A stretch of 64,000 nucleotides of DNA from the human T2T-CHM13v2.0 reference genome, Homo sapiens. Below are positions 16,114-33,446 of the stretch, in pieces. The notes under the pieces are model-generated. The model saw only the letters and a list, made by a program, of their open reading frames with translations, searched no databases and was not told where the DNA came from. The first letter of the stretch is position 1. Each line of letters starts with the position of its first letter. The DNA is taken from NCBI RefSeq assembly GCF_009914755.1, contig NC_060929.1; one strand, given 5' to 3'. The position numbers and the translations under genes were made by a program.

Positions 16114-17021
16114 GAGGGGGAGGAGCCAAGACGGCCGAATAGGAACAGCTCCGGTCAACAGCTCCCAGCGTGAGCGACGCAGAAGACGGGTGATTTCTGC
16201 ATTTCCATCTGAGGTACCGGGTTAATCTCACTAGGGAGTGCCAGACAGTGGGCGCAGGCCAGTGGGTGCGCGCACCGTGCGCGAGCCGAAGCAGGGCGAG
16301 GCATTGCCTCACCTGGGAAGCGCAAGGGGTCAGGGAGTTCCCTTTCCGAGTCAAAGAAAGGGGTGACGGACGCAGCTGGAAAATCGGGTCACTCCCACCC
16401 GAATATTGCGCTTTTCAGACCGGCTTAAAAAACGGCGCACCAGGAGATTATATCCCGCACCTGGCTCGGAGGGTCCTACGCCCACGGAGTCTCGCTGATT
16501 GCTAGCACAGCAGTCTGAGATCAAACTGCAAGGCGGCAGCGAGGCTGGGGGAGGGGCGCCCGCCATTGCCCAGGCTTGCTTAGGTAAACAAAGCAGCCGG
16601 GAAGCTCGAACTGGGTGGAGCCCACCACAGCTCAAGGAGGCCTGCCTGCCTCTGTAGGCTCCACCTCTGGGGGCAGGGCACAGACAAACAAAAAGACAGC
16701 AGTAACCTCTGCAGACTTAAATGTCCCTGTCTGACAGCCTTGAAGAGAGCAGTGGTTCTCCCAGCACGCAGCTGGAGATCTGAGAACGGGCAGACTGCCT
16801 CCTCAAGTGGGTCCCTGACCCCTGACCCCCGAGCAGCCTAACTGGGAGGCACCCCCCAGCAGGGGCACACTGACACCTCACACTGCAGGGTATTCCAACA
16901 GACCTGCAGCTGAGGGTCCTGTCTGTTAGAAGGAAAACTAACAAACAGAAAGGACATCCACACTGAAAACCCATCTGTACATCACCATCATCAAAGACCA
17001 AAAGTAGATAAAACCACAAAG
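16114..17021. promoter_or_regulatory. L1 5'UTR with CpG-rich sense promoter and antisense promoter
   Basis: High CpG density at 16130-16620; bidirectional activity is established for the L1PA family, not shown for this copy. Confidence 0.8.
16351..16566 (-). CDS. L1 ORF0, 71 aa, in the antisense-promoter transcript
   Basis: MAGAPPPASLPPCSLISDCCASNQRDSVGVGPSEPGAGYNLLVRRFLSRSEKRNIRVGVTRFSSCVRHPFL*; ATG in gcaATGG context; expression unknown. Confidence 0.85.
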   Translation of the reverse strand: MAGAPPPASLPPCSLISDCCASNQRDSVGVGPSEPGAGYNLLVRRFLSRSEKRNIRVGVTRFSSCVRHPFL

Positions 17022-18038
17022 ATGGGGAAAAAACAGAACAGAAAAACTGGAAACTCTAAAACGCAGAGCGCCTCTCCTCCTCCAAAGGAACGCAGTTCCT
17101 CACCAGCAACAGAACAAAGCTGGATGGAGAATGATTTTGACGAGCTGAGAGAAGAAGGCTTCAGACGATCAAATTACTCTGAGCTACGGGAGGACATTCA
17201 AACCAAAGGCAAAGAAGTTGAAAACTTTGAAAAAAATTTAGAAGAATGTATAACTAGAATAACCAATACAGAGAAGTGCTTAAAGGAGCTGATGGAGCTG
17301 AAAACCAAGGCTCGAGAACTACGTGAAGAATGCAGAAGCCTCAGGAGCCGATGCGATCAACTGGAAGAAAGGGTATCAGCAATGGAAGATGAAATGAATG
17401 AAATGAAGCGAGAAGGGAAGTTTAGAGAAAAAAGAATAAAAAGAAATGAGCAAAGCCTCCAAGAAATATGGGACTATGTGAAAAGACCAAATCTACGTCT
17501 GATTGGTGTACCTGAAAGTGATGCGGAGAATGGAACCAAGTTGGAAAACACTCTGCAGGATATTATCCAGGAGAACTTCCCCAATCTAGCAAGGCAGGCC
17601 AACGTTCAGATTCAGGAAATACAGAGAACGCCACAAAGATACTCCTCGAGAAGAGCAACTCCAAGACACATAATTGTCAGATTCACCAAAGTTGAAATGA
17701 AGGAAAAAATGTTAAGGGCAGCCAGAGAGAAAGGTCGGGTTACCCTCAAAGGGAAGCCCATCAGACTAACAGCGGATCTCTCGGCAGAAACCCTACAAGC
17801 CAGAAGAGAGTGGGGGCCAATATTCAACATTCTTAAAGAAAAGAATTTTCAACCCAGAATTTCATATCCAGCCAAACTAAGCTTCATAAGTGAAGGAGAA
17901 ATAAAATACTTTACAGACAAGCAAATGCTGACCGATTTTGTCACCACCAGGCCTGCCCTAAAAGAGCTCCTGAAGGAAGCGCTAAACATGGAAAGGAACA
18001 ACCGGTACCAGCCACTGCAAAATCATGCCAAAATGTAA
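17022..18038 (+). CDS. L1 ORF1p, intact 338 aa
   Basis: MGKKQNRKTG...; coiled coil, REKG, ARR and YPAKLS motifs present. Confidence 0.96.
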   Translation: MGKKQNRKTGNSKTQSASPPPKERSSSPATEQSWMENDFDELREEGFRRSNYSELREDIQTKGKEVENFEKNLEECITRITNTEKCLKELMELKTKARELREECRSLRSRCDQLEERVSAMEDEMNEMKREGKFREKRIKRNEQSLQEIWDYVKRPNLRLIGVPESDAENGTKLENTLQDIIQENFPNLARQANVQIQEIQRTPQRYSSRRATPRHIIVRFTKVEMKEKMLRAAREKGRVTLKGKPIRLTADLSAETLQARREWGPIFNILKEKNFQPRISYPAKLSFISEGEIKYFTDKQMLTDFVTTRPALKELLKEALNMERNNRYQPLQNHAKM

Positions 18039-18086
18039 AGACCATCGAGACTAGGAAGAAACTGCATCAACTAATGAACAAAATAA

Positions 18087-21929
<3,843 letters not shown>

Positions 21930-22619
21930 ACAATGAGATCACATGGACACAGGAAGGGGAATATCACACTCTGGGGACTGTGGTGGGGAGGGGGGAGGGG
22001 GGAGGGATAGCATTGGGAGATATACCTAATGCTAGATGATGAGTTAGTGGGTGCAGCGCACCAGCATGGCACATGTATACATATGTAACTAACCTGCACA
22101 ATGTGCACATGTACCCTAAAACTTAAAGTATAATTAAAAACAAAAACAAAAACAAAAACAAAACAGAAAGAGAAATTCCAGAGCACAAAGAACTTTGTCC
22201 ACCTTTATAAACAGCTACATAATTATTTTTCTACTTTTCTACGATAAGAAAATTAGCATTTAAAATGCAAGTAGTTTCAAACATATGCTTTCATTATATG
22301 TATAACAAGAATGAATTTAAATCTTCAGAATGATAGAGATCCACTGTCATATCCAAAAAGAAACAGAAGTTTGCACTTCAAGAGTAGTTCATTAGGAAAC
22401 AGCTCTAAAGTCCTACTATAAATCAAACTTAGAATACAAGGCTGGATATGATCTTAGAGATTATCTACTCCAATTTCTTATTTTATAGATAAACTTAGCT
22501 CCAGAGAGGTTAAGTGACTTAACAAGGTCATAAAGTTACTTAAAAAGTCAGGAAAAAACTTGGGTTTCCTGATTGCTGTCTGCATATAAGCAGCTTTCAC
22601 AAATGCTCTACTCAAACTA

Positions 22620-22871
<252 letters not shown>

Positions 22872-22968
22872 CTAAATCCAAAGACACAAAGAAACAAAAT
22901 ATTAATCTCAACAATTTTCAGGAGGTAAAAAATATACTATGTCATTTCAAATACAACACAATATGAAC

Positions 22969-23110
<142 letters not shown>

Positions 23111-23113
23111 TAA

Positions 23114-23408
<295 letters not shown>

Positions 23409-24232
23409 ACAATATTAACTTTTAAAGCCCACATGTGGTTCATTTTTGAGAGGTGTATGATTAGGTCATTCTACTATCAAACTGGTTTGGAAAGTCAAAG
23501 ATCATGTTATTACCCTAGCAAACAGACTCAATATACTTCCCAGAAGATAATACATAGAGATTTCTTGCTATCACTCCAACAATTCCCGGCAAGGCTGGTG
23601 AACTCTAGCAGGAGTGTCATGAGAAAATCCTTGTGATGAAGTAGAATAATGAGAGATTGTAGGGCTAGGAAATCACTATTGCTCCCTATTTATTATAGGT
23701 GTGCAGGTAAATAACCTGATGGCTTATTGGAGTGTCCTGTATGTGATTAAACTATTAGTTCAGTGTAATAGCAGTGACAGGCGTGGAGCCTGGTGATGGG
23801 GTCATTTAAAAAAAAAAAGAGCTTAAATAAGTCCCTCAGGTTTTCTAAGGGATTGCCAGCCACACAAACCTGAGAAGTAGTCTGTGTTCTCAAATGAGCG
23901 TGTCTCCCTCTCCTTTTGCATCTACTCTGGGATTCAGTCACTTCAGAACTGAAGTTACTGTCCGAGAGGCTTAGTTTCACTTGGGACTGATCAGCTGCTG
24001 AGGCTGAAGAATGAAGCTGGGTTAATCTATGGGCCTGCCATCGAGAATACCAGAAAGCCTATGAAATTTGGAATCAAAGGCATGAGGAAGTAACTGGTGC
24101 CAACACAGGGGATGGTGATGTTTACAGGGTCAACACATTGAAGCCCTGTTGGATTTGTTTGCAAAAACTCTGAAAGCACCCACAGGACTTGTAAGGATAT
24201 TCATGAAGAGCCTTAAAAATATATATATTTTT

Positions 24233-24566
<334 letters not shown>

Positions 24567-25893
24567 CTATAAAATATATTAAAGCATCTTTGAAAATGTA
24601 TTTTCACTGGTTATTTTGAATTTTAGTAAACTGAGTTGAAATTGTAAATGGGAAGAAAAGGACTTAACAACATTTAAAAGAATAATCTCAAATTGACAAT
24701 GGTAAATTCAGCAAAATTACTAAAACACAAAAACTTCCAACTGACTTTTATACAGTAGACTGCAACAAAGAATATAGAGAAGGAAATGCCTGCCTGGTTT
24801 AAAATAAAAATCATGTAGCATGTCTGCTCTGATTCTTTAATAGCATCATATCAATCATGTGTTGTGAAGCCGTCACACTTCTATAGTGAAACATAATTTG
24901 ACACTTAACTGTATACAGTGCTTAACATTGTCATGTGTATTCTACTTGAGCATTTTGTAAATCAAACTAAACACTGCTATAGAGATGCCAAGCATTACTT
25001 ATTTTATGATTATATTTCTTTTGTCTCCTCAAAGTGCTGAGCACAGAGCAAGTATACTTAATTACCTTCATGGGTACTGAAAATCTTTGCCCTCTCCTAA
25101 ATGAAACAAAAGAAGTGTCTAGATGTTACTGTACTCTGGCAATATTGAATTTTGGCCAGAGCTTTGGCAACTACTTATATGAAATGCCATTTTTAATAAG
25201 TAAAGGCAGACCCAGCACACAAACAAAATCATGCTGGCCTAAATCACAATATGCCATTATGATTTATTTGAGTCTCAAATATTAGAAAATGACTTGCTAC
25301 AGGTCAGTTATGAAACTACAGGATAAGGGCATTGATTATGGTTAGATATTTACTTTCTGGGGCATTATTTTTTAATGTAACCTAATAGATTTCCTCTTTG
25401 ACATTTAGAAGAACAGTACTTAATTTTCCTTCTATCTAAATATACCAACTTGGTCTTTTTTATTAAGAATTTTTTTAATTGGCAAATAAAATTGTCTGTT
25501 TATCATGTATGACATGATGTTTTGAAGTATATACCCACTGTGGAGTGACTAAATCTAGCTAGTTAACATATTGCTTCACAAAATTTTAATATTGTGCTGA
25601 GAACCGACTTGTTTTTATAGAATTTAAGGTGGCCTACAGAAAGATAACACAATTTAAAAGCAGATAAGACAGAAAAAAGAAAAAATAAGAATTGGAACTT
25701 AAGTGGAAATGAGTCTAATATAAAAATACATACCAAATTCCTATATACTTGTTTCCCAATTCATAGCGTCCATCAGATAAAAACAAATCAATTCATGAAT
25801 AAGTATTAATAATATTTCAAGGATTGTCAATCACATCATCAAACTAATTAAAAACCCCACAACTTTTTTGTGAGTTTTAGAGTAATTATCTCA

Positions 25894-26196
<303 letters not shown>

Positions 26197-26558
26197 TTAT
26201 CTCTATTTTGCAAGTGGGAAAATGAAGACACTGCTGTTAACTGATTTGTTCCTTTTCAGTTGACAGCTGGGACTAGAATCCAAAGTTTTGGTAGCTTGTT
26301 CAGATCTCTATCGGTTATTCTATTTCTCTTTTAATTTTAACCACAATGGATCTGAAGAATAGAATCTGAAGTGGGAAGTGTGTGGGTGTGGGAGAATCAC
26401 TGGCTCACTCTGTATGTGTCCACATGTGGTGGCTGTGGTTTGTGCACTGTTTCACACTCATGCCTCATACTTAGACTTCTACGTGTTAATTCTTACTCAT
26501 CTCTCAAGCCCTTACAATGATCACACAAGGAACCTCAGGTTTGTGTCTCAAGGTGCTA

Positions 26559-26804
<246 letters not shown>

Positions 26805-27502
26805 TTAAAGACAGAGGAAAATTTGAAGAAAGTCTTTCTTCATGTAAATGTGTGTTTTAGTATAGAATATACACATATACTAAGTTCTAGGCAAAGTCTC
26901 TCAGATACAACGTTCCTTAAAAGTTTTGAAGCAGAGGTACTTTTATCTTTTTCTTAAGGTCTTGAAGAGCTAAATCCAACATTTGCTTTTCTTGGCTAAC
27001 TCATTTTCTTGCTCTATTGGGGATAGGTTGATTCCTCTATTCCTCTCTATCCTTAGCCCCGTCAGCTGTGATAAGATTCTGCTAATTTTTGGAATGTGGA
27101 AACCTTCGTTTCCTACTTGGTGGGTGTGGTCTTCTAAAAGGAATTTGTATGTTATTAGTAGACCAAAAGAACTTGTGTCTGTGAAGCAAGTTCAGGGTTG
27201 ATTTAGATAAACTATTCTTATGTCGGGTCGCTAAGAATACTTGGTCACAGGTGAAGGTTTCTTGCACAGAAAATCTCTGGACTTTTCCCCATCCATCAGT
27301 TACAAATCTAAGGAAGTTGTTCTTTAGAACTGGGTCTGTTTGTTCGTCATACTGAGGGAAGGATGTTTTTCCCTATGTCACAAATCTTATGTACCTCATC
27401 TCCAGGTGTTTCTAGAAGTCACCTATTTAACATGGTAGCTGACTTGAGTCTTCCAGCTTTCTCCCCTGTATGTCTGGACCCTTCCTTAAAATATGTAATT
27501 CA

Positions 27503-27797
27503 GGCCAGGCACGGCAGCTTACGCCTGTAATCCCAGCACTTTGGGAGGCCGAGGTGGGCAGATCAAGAGGTCAAGAGATCAAGACCATCCTGGCCAACAT
27601 GGTGAAACCCTGTCTCTACTAAAAATACAAAAATTAGCTGGGTGTGGTGGTGTGTGTCTGTAGCCCCAGCTACTTGGGAGGCTGAGGCAGGAGAAGTGCT
27701 TGAACCAGGAGGCGGAGGTTGCAGTGAGCCGAGATTGCACCACTGCACTCCAGCCTAGAGACAGAGCAAGATTCTGTCTCAAAAAAAAAAAAAAAAA
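27503..27797 (+). mobile_element. AluS (Sc-like)
   Basis: Full dimer with A tail. Confidence 0.9.
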
Positions 27798-27942
27798 TCT
27801 ATACTTCCTTCCCCTCAATCAAGTGAGGACCTTACCCACAACATCTGGAAGCACTGTATATATACCTTTCATACGAGAAACATTTCCAGATCTCCTACAG
27901 GAACTACACTAGACTGGAGAGATATAAAAATGAATGAAATAG

Positions 27943-28051
27943 GAGCTCGGCTGTTGGAGACGTGAGTCTTGCTGAAGCTCCTGGCCGAATAAAGCCCTTC
28001 CTTCTTTAACTCGGTGTCTGAGGGGTTTTGCCCGTGGCTTGTTCTGCTACA
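27943..28051 (+). repeat. LTR2-family R-U5 segment (U3 absent)
   Basis: AATAAA at 27988-27993; ends ...ggtgtctgaggggttttg...ctgctaCA just before the PBS. Confidence 0.8.
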
Positions 28052-28056
28052 TTTCT

Positions 28057-28074
28057 TGGTTCCCTGACCGGGAA
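28057..28074 (+). other. Primer binding site for tRNA-Glu
   Basis: TGGTTCCCTGACCGGGAA, complementary to the tRNA-Glu 3' end TTCCCGGTCAGGGAACCA. Confidence 0.9.
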
Positions 28075-28599
28075 GCGAGGTGATTAACAGACAGTCGGAC
28101 GGTCGAGGCAGCCCCTTAGGTGGCTTAGGCCTGCCCTGTGGAGCATCCCTATGGGGCACTCCAGCCAGCTTGGCCGATGCGGATCCTGAGAGCACTCCTG
28201 GGTAGGCAATTGGCCTGGTGGAACGCCTCGCCAGAGGAGCACGTGGCAGGCCCCCGTGGACGATCAACGCAGTGGCTGAACACCGGGAAGGAACTGGCAC
28301 TTGGAGTCTGGACATCTGAAACTTGGTAAGACTAGTCTTTGGAACTTGCCCACTCCATTTGAGTGGAAGCGTGGCCTGATCACCCACGGTCTGCCTGTAC
28401 CGGCACTTTGGTTTTTGTTTTTGACTTGACTTGGATTGCTTGATACTTTGGTTTTGGTTTTGACCTGGCTTGGATTTCTGGATACTCTGATTTTGGTTTT
28501 GATTCTGAGTTTGGTGTAAACTGTAAAACTGTGTGTGTGTGCCCTTTTTACTCGTTCTTTGTTTTGTGGTGTGAGCATGGTGTTTTGTCTCGAAGAAGC

Positions 28600-28911
28600 A
28601 TGGGTCAGGCACAAAGTAAGCCCACCCCACTAGGAACTATGTTGAAAAATTTCAAGAAAGGATTTAAGGGAGATTACGGTGTTACTATGACACCAGGAAA
28701 ACTTAGAACTTTGTGTGAAATAGACTGGCCAGCATTAGAGGTGGGTTGGCCATCAGAAGGAAGCCTGGACAGGTCCCTTGTTTCAAAGGTATGGCACAAG
28801 GTAACCTGTAAGCCAGGGCACCCAGATGAGTTCCCATACATAGACCCTTGGTTACAGCTGGTTTTAGACCCCACACCCCCCTCACCAGTGGTTGAGAGAA
28901 CAGCAGCATAA
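28600..28911 (+). pseudogene. ERV gag matrix fragment
   Basis: MGQAQSKPTPLGTMLKNF...CEIDWPALEVGWPSEGS...PYIDPW: gammaretroviral MA with myristoylation-type MGxxxS start; truncated. Confidence 0.88.
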
Positions 28912-28919
28912 GTGGCTGG

Positions 28920-29145
28920 CAGAGACAAGGAAAGACCAGCAGAGAGAGACAGAGGAGGAAAGAGAGAGAAAAAGGGGCAAAGAGAGAGAGAGGAAGAGAC
29001 AGAGAGACAAAGAGGGAGTCAAGGAGAGAGAGAGAGAGAGAGAAAGAGAGAGGCAGAGAGGCAGAAAGAGACAGAGGCAAAAGCAAAGTCAAAAAGAGAG
29101 AGACAGAAAGTCAAAGAGAGAAAGAAAGAGAGAAAGAGAGAAATA
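28920..29145. repeat. GA-rich low-complexity tract inside the ERV
   Basis: Degenerate (GA)n/(GACA)n run. Confidence 0.9.
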
Positions 29146-30875
29146 TACCAGAAGTTAAGGAAAAAAAAAACAGTGTACCCTATTCCTTTAAAAGCCAAGG
29201 TAAATTTAAAACCTATAATTGATAATTAAAGGTATTCTCCGTAACCCTGTAACACTCTAATACCACTTGGTTGTCAGTGTAAACAAGGGCGTATTCCCGA
29301 AAGCACTGAGGACTTCCTATCAAAAATCCTTAACCCAGTAACCTGTGGATGGCCCAGAAGCATTCAATCTGTAGGCAACTGCTTTGCTAACAGAAGAAAG
29401 TAAAAAAAATAACTTTTAGAGGAAACCTCATTGTGAGCACATCTCACCAGTTCAGAAGTATCCTAAGGAAAAAAAAAAAAGGATGATTTAACATTAACCA
29501 CTGAAAATTCCCTTAACCCAGCAGGTTTCCTTACAGGGGATCTAAATCTTAATTACCATACAAAGGTCTGACCAGACCTAGGAGGAACTCCCTTCAGGAC
29601 AGGACAATCGATGGTTCCTCCCAGGTAATTGAAGGAAAAAAAAAAAAACATCTATACCAATTCTAAGTTAATTTGGACTGAACAAGGTCTTATTAATAGC
29701 AAAGGATAATTGAAATCCCAAACTTAAAAGGTTTTCAACAAAAGTAAAGTTTGCTAAAAGTTAACAGTGTAACATGTATTATGGTAACTTCTAATCCTGT
29801 GGCCTTAAGACAGTCTAGTCCACAGACATAAAAGAAGTTCGCTTTGGAAAAGAATGGTTATCATCTTCGGAAAAAAAAGGGAAAAAAAGGGGGGGGCAGA
29901 ATTTATGTAAAAAGAGTGTTATATGGGAAGTTCTTGTCCTGAAATAAATTAACTGGTTATTTAAAGAAATAAATGTTTGTAATAAGTCAGAAAGTTGAGG
30001 CATGTCGAAAAATTGTCTGCGAAAGTCGGGAAAGAAAAAAATGTTATTAAAAAAAGAATTTATGCAAGAAATGTTGTATAATTTAAAAGTAACTAGGCCT
30101 CCTGAATGTAAAACAAAACAGTTTATGTGCAAGTTGTATAAGGAAAGTAAAATATACCTTTGGTAAAAGGATTATAAGGAGGCATAACAATGTAAATTTT
30201 TACCTACATTAAAAGGTTAAAAAGTATATATTGTTTTGAAGATTTAAGCAAGTTTTAAAACGTTAATTGTAAAGAAAATTCTGTGTGTAAACATATTGGC
30301 TAAAGTTAAAGGGGTATCATCCAGTTTTTCTGTGAACTGGACATTAAAGTAAAAACACAATGGGTTTTTCTTAAAGCACTAACCTGCTCTTTAACAAAGA
30401 TTATAAAAGGTTAAAAAGAGTCTATAAAAATCTTACCTTATGGTCTGACATTAAAAATTGAATAAATGTCTACAAAGTTTATTAAAACTAAGTTTAACAT
30501 TAATAGCACAGTAATAGCACAGTAAAAGGTGAAATTTAGCTTATCTGGTATAAAAATCATACAGGAAGCACTGTCAGATATAAAATGGTGTTTGGCTTCT
30601 TTGGTCTAAAAACTAATAAAAATAGGTGCTAAAGGAAATTTCTCAGTAGGAAGGCACCAAGGACAATAAAGTCCACTGCTGATGTCCCCACATTTAAAAC
30701 AAAAGGTCAATTTCTTAGAAATTATATACTTGGTTTATCTTCCACTTTCCTTTCCCTCAAAACTAAAAGTCTTTTAGCACAGGTACCACCCCTAGAATTT
30801 CCAGTAAACCAGCACCAGCCTGAAGATCACCTTCTCATCAAAGGGTGGAAAGAAGAAAAACTCAAGCCAGCCTCA

Positions 30876-32210
30876 GAAGGACCCTACCTTGTGCTGTTAA
30901 CCACTGAGACTGCCGTTCGTAGAGCGGAAAAGGGATGGACTCATCACACCCGAGTCAAAGCGCCCCCACCTCCAGAGTCGTGGGCCACAGTCCCAGGGGA
31001 AAACCTTATCAAACTAAAGCTAAGAAAAATTTAACTCTTTCATCTATTCTATTACTCTTTCTTCTTCCCTCGCTCTATTGCTGACCATCTAGTTATTAAC
31101 ATAACCAAGTCAATTTCGCCTCAAACTATTGCATTTAATGCTTGCCTTGTTATACCCTGTGGGGACCTGCCAAGTCAAAGACAGCTCTCTACTTCAGAAA
31201 AGTACCTCTGTCCCTCCTGACTCTTCTCAGACTGGGCATTAGTAAATTAGGACCATTTAATCCAGGGAAATTTTGATAAAGACCCTAGTGTCAACCAGGA
31301 TTCTTGCCCCCCAATGTAGAGCTTTTATGCTGTAGTTGGTCCAACATTCTGTGGACCACTAAAGAGCAAGGATGGACTGCCCCAACCAGTTTTTGTAATT
31401 TCCTAAAATCGTACATTCATTTTACTCGAGGATCATAAAAGTTAAAGACTTAAAACAAACTTTGGCAATTAAAACAGGATACCAAGATGCAAATGCCTGG
31501 TTGGAGTCGATCAAATATTCCATCTGCACGTTAAACAAAAGCAATTATTATGCTTGTGCACATGGCAGGCCAGAGGCCCAGACTGTCCCCTTTCCACTAA
31601 GGTGGTCCTCCAGTCGACCAGGCGTGGGCTGCATGGTAGCTCTCTTCCAGGATTCCACAACCTGGAGTAATAAGTCGTGCCAAGCTCTCTCTGCTATATC
31701 CCAATGTCCAGCACCTTGCAGGTCAGTCCCCGAGGGCCATCCAGCCTCCCTCTTCCAACACTAAGTTCACTTCGTGTCTCTCACGACAGGGAGGAAACTT
31801 AGCTTCCTTGGAGACCTGAAGGGATGCAGTGAGCTTAAGAATTGTCAAGAGCTTATCAATCAGTCAGCTCTTGTTCATCCCCGAGCGGATGTGTGATGGT
31901 ATTGTGGTGGACCTTTACTGGGCACTCTGCTGAATAACTGGAGTGGCACTTGTATTTTAGTCCAATTAGCTATCCCTTTCACCCTGACATTTCATCAATC
32001 AGAGGGAGGAAAAATAAGACATCGTGCGAGAAAGCCCCTTATGGGTCTTTCAACTCTCACGTCTATTTAGACGCAATTGGAGTCCCACGGGGAATACCAC
32101 ATCAATTTAAAGCTTGAAATCAAATAGAGGCAGGATTTGAGTCAATATTTTGGTGGGTGACAGTTAATAAAAATGTAGATTGGATAAACTACATCTATTA
32201 TAACCAATAG
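30876..32210 (+). pseudogene. ERV integrase C-terminus followed by disrupted env (HERV-I-like)
   Basis: EGPYLVLLTTETAVRRAEKGWTHHTRVK, then ...YLDAIGVPRGIPHQFKA*NQIEAGFESIFWWVTVNKNVDWINYIYYNQ*; stops and frameshifts. Confidence 0.8.
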
Positions 32211-32790
32211 CAACAAGCTTTTCATGAGTTAAAAGAAAAACTCATGTCGGCCCCAGCCCTGGGGCTACCTGAACTGTCAAAACCCTTTACACCCTATGTG
32301 TCAGAAAGAGAAAAAAATGGCAGCTGGAGTTTTAACCCAAACTGTGGGGCCCTGGCCAAGGCCAGTGGCCTATCTCTCAAAACAACTAGATGGGGTTTCC
32401 AAAGCCTGGCCCCATGTCTAAGGGCCCTGGCAGCAATGGTCCTGTTAGCACAAGAAGCAGATAAACTAACCCTTGGGCAAAACCTGAATATAAAAGCCCC
32501 CCATACTGTGGTAACTTTAATGACTATCAAAGGACATCATTGGTTAACAAATGCCAGATTAACCAAGTACCAAATCTTGCTATATGAAAATCCCCGCATA
32601 ACCACTGAAGTTTGCAACACCCTAAACCCCACCACCTTGCTCCCGGTATCAGAGAGCCCAGTTGAACATAACTGTGTAGAGGTGTTGGACTCAGTTTATT
32701 CTAGCAGGCTCAACCTCCGAGACCATCCTTGAACATCAGTAGACTGTGAGCTGTACGTGGACGGGAGCTTCGCTAACGCCTACAAAGTGA
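32211..32790 (+). pseudogene. ERV pol fragment (RT thumb/tether to RNase H start)
   Basis: LMSAPALGLPELSKPF, WLTNARLTKYQILL, LNPTTLLP, YVDGS; frameshifted. Confidence 0.85.
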
Positions 32791-32858
32791 CTCTGAAAAG
32801 GATGACAAGCCTGCTCCAGTCACACCCGGAAGCTGACTGGTCCACGCATGGCCGAAGC

Positions 32859-33446
32859 ATGAGAAAACTCATCACGGGACTCATTTTCCTTAAAATTTGG
32901 ACTTGTACAGTAAGGACTTCAACTGACCTTCCTCAGACTGAGGACTGTTTCCAGTGTATACATCAAGTCACTGAGGTAGGACAAAAAGTTGCTACAGTCC
33001 TATTATTTTATGGTTATTATAAGTGTACCAGGACTCTAAAAAGAACTTGTTTGTATAATACTATTCTATACAAGGTATGTAGCCCAGGAAATGACCAACC
33101 TGATGTGTGTTATGACCCATCTGAGCCTCCCATGACCATAGTTTGTGAAATAAGATTAAGGACTGAGGACTGGTGGGGGCTCATAAATGATACAAGTAAG
33201 GTGTTAGCTAAAACAAAAGAAAAAGGGGTGCCCAAACAAGTCACCTTGAAGTTTGATACCTGTGCTGTCATTAATAGTAATAACTTAGGAATAGGATGTG
33301 GTTCTCTTAATTAGGAAAGAGGCTATATGGCAGAAAATAAGTACATTTGTCATGAATTAGGACTGTGTGGAAATGAATGCGGATACTGGTCTTTTGTCAT
33401 TTAGGCTACTTGGATAAAAAATAAAAAGAATCCTGTCCACCTTCAG
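32859..33446 (+). pseudogene. ERV env SU N-terminal fragment (HERV-E/ERV3-like)
   Basis: MRKLITGLIFLKIWTC signal-like start; Cys-rich (CSPGNDQPDVCYDP, LKFDTC); stop at 33312-33314; cut off at the A tract. Confidence 0.75.

Noticed and set aside
21973-22010. G-quadruplex-like tract
   Set aside because: Normal part of the L1 3'UTR.
27869-29229. 253-aa minus ORF and R/E/K-rich plus ORFs
   Set aside because: They come from the TTTTGG-like ERV leader and the GA tract, which lack stops by composition.
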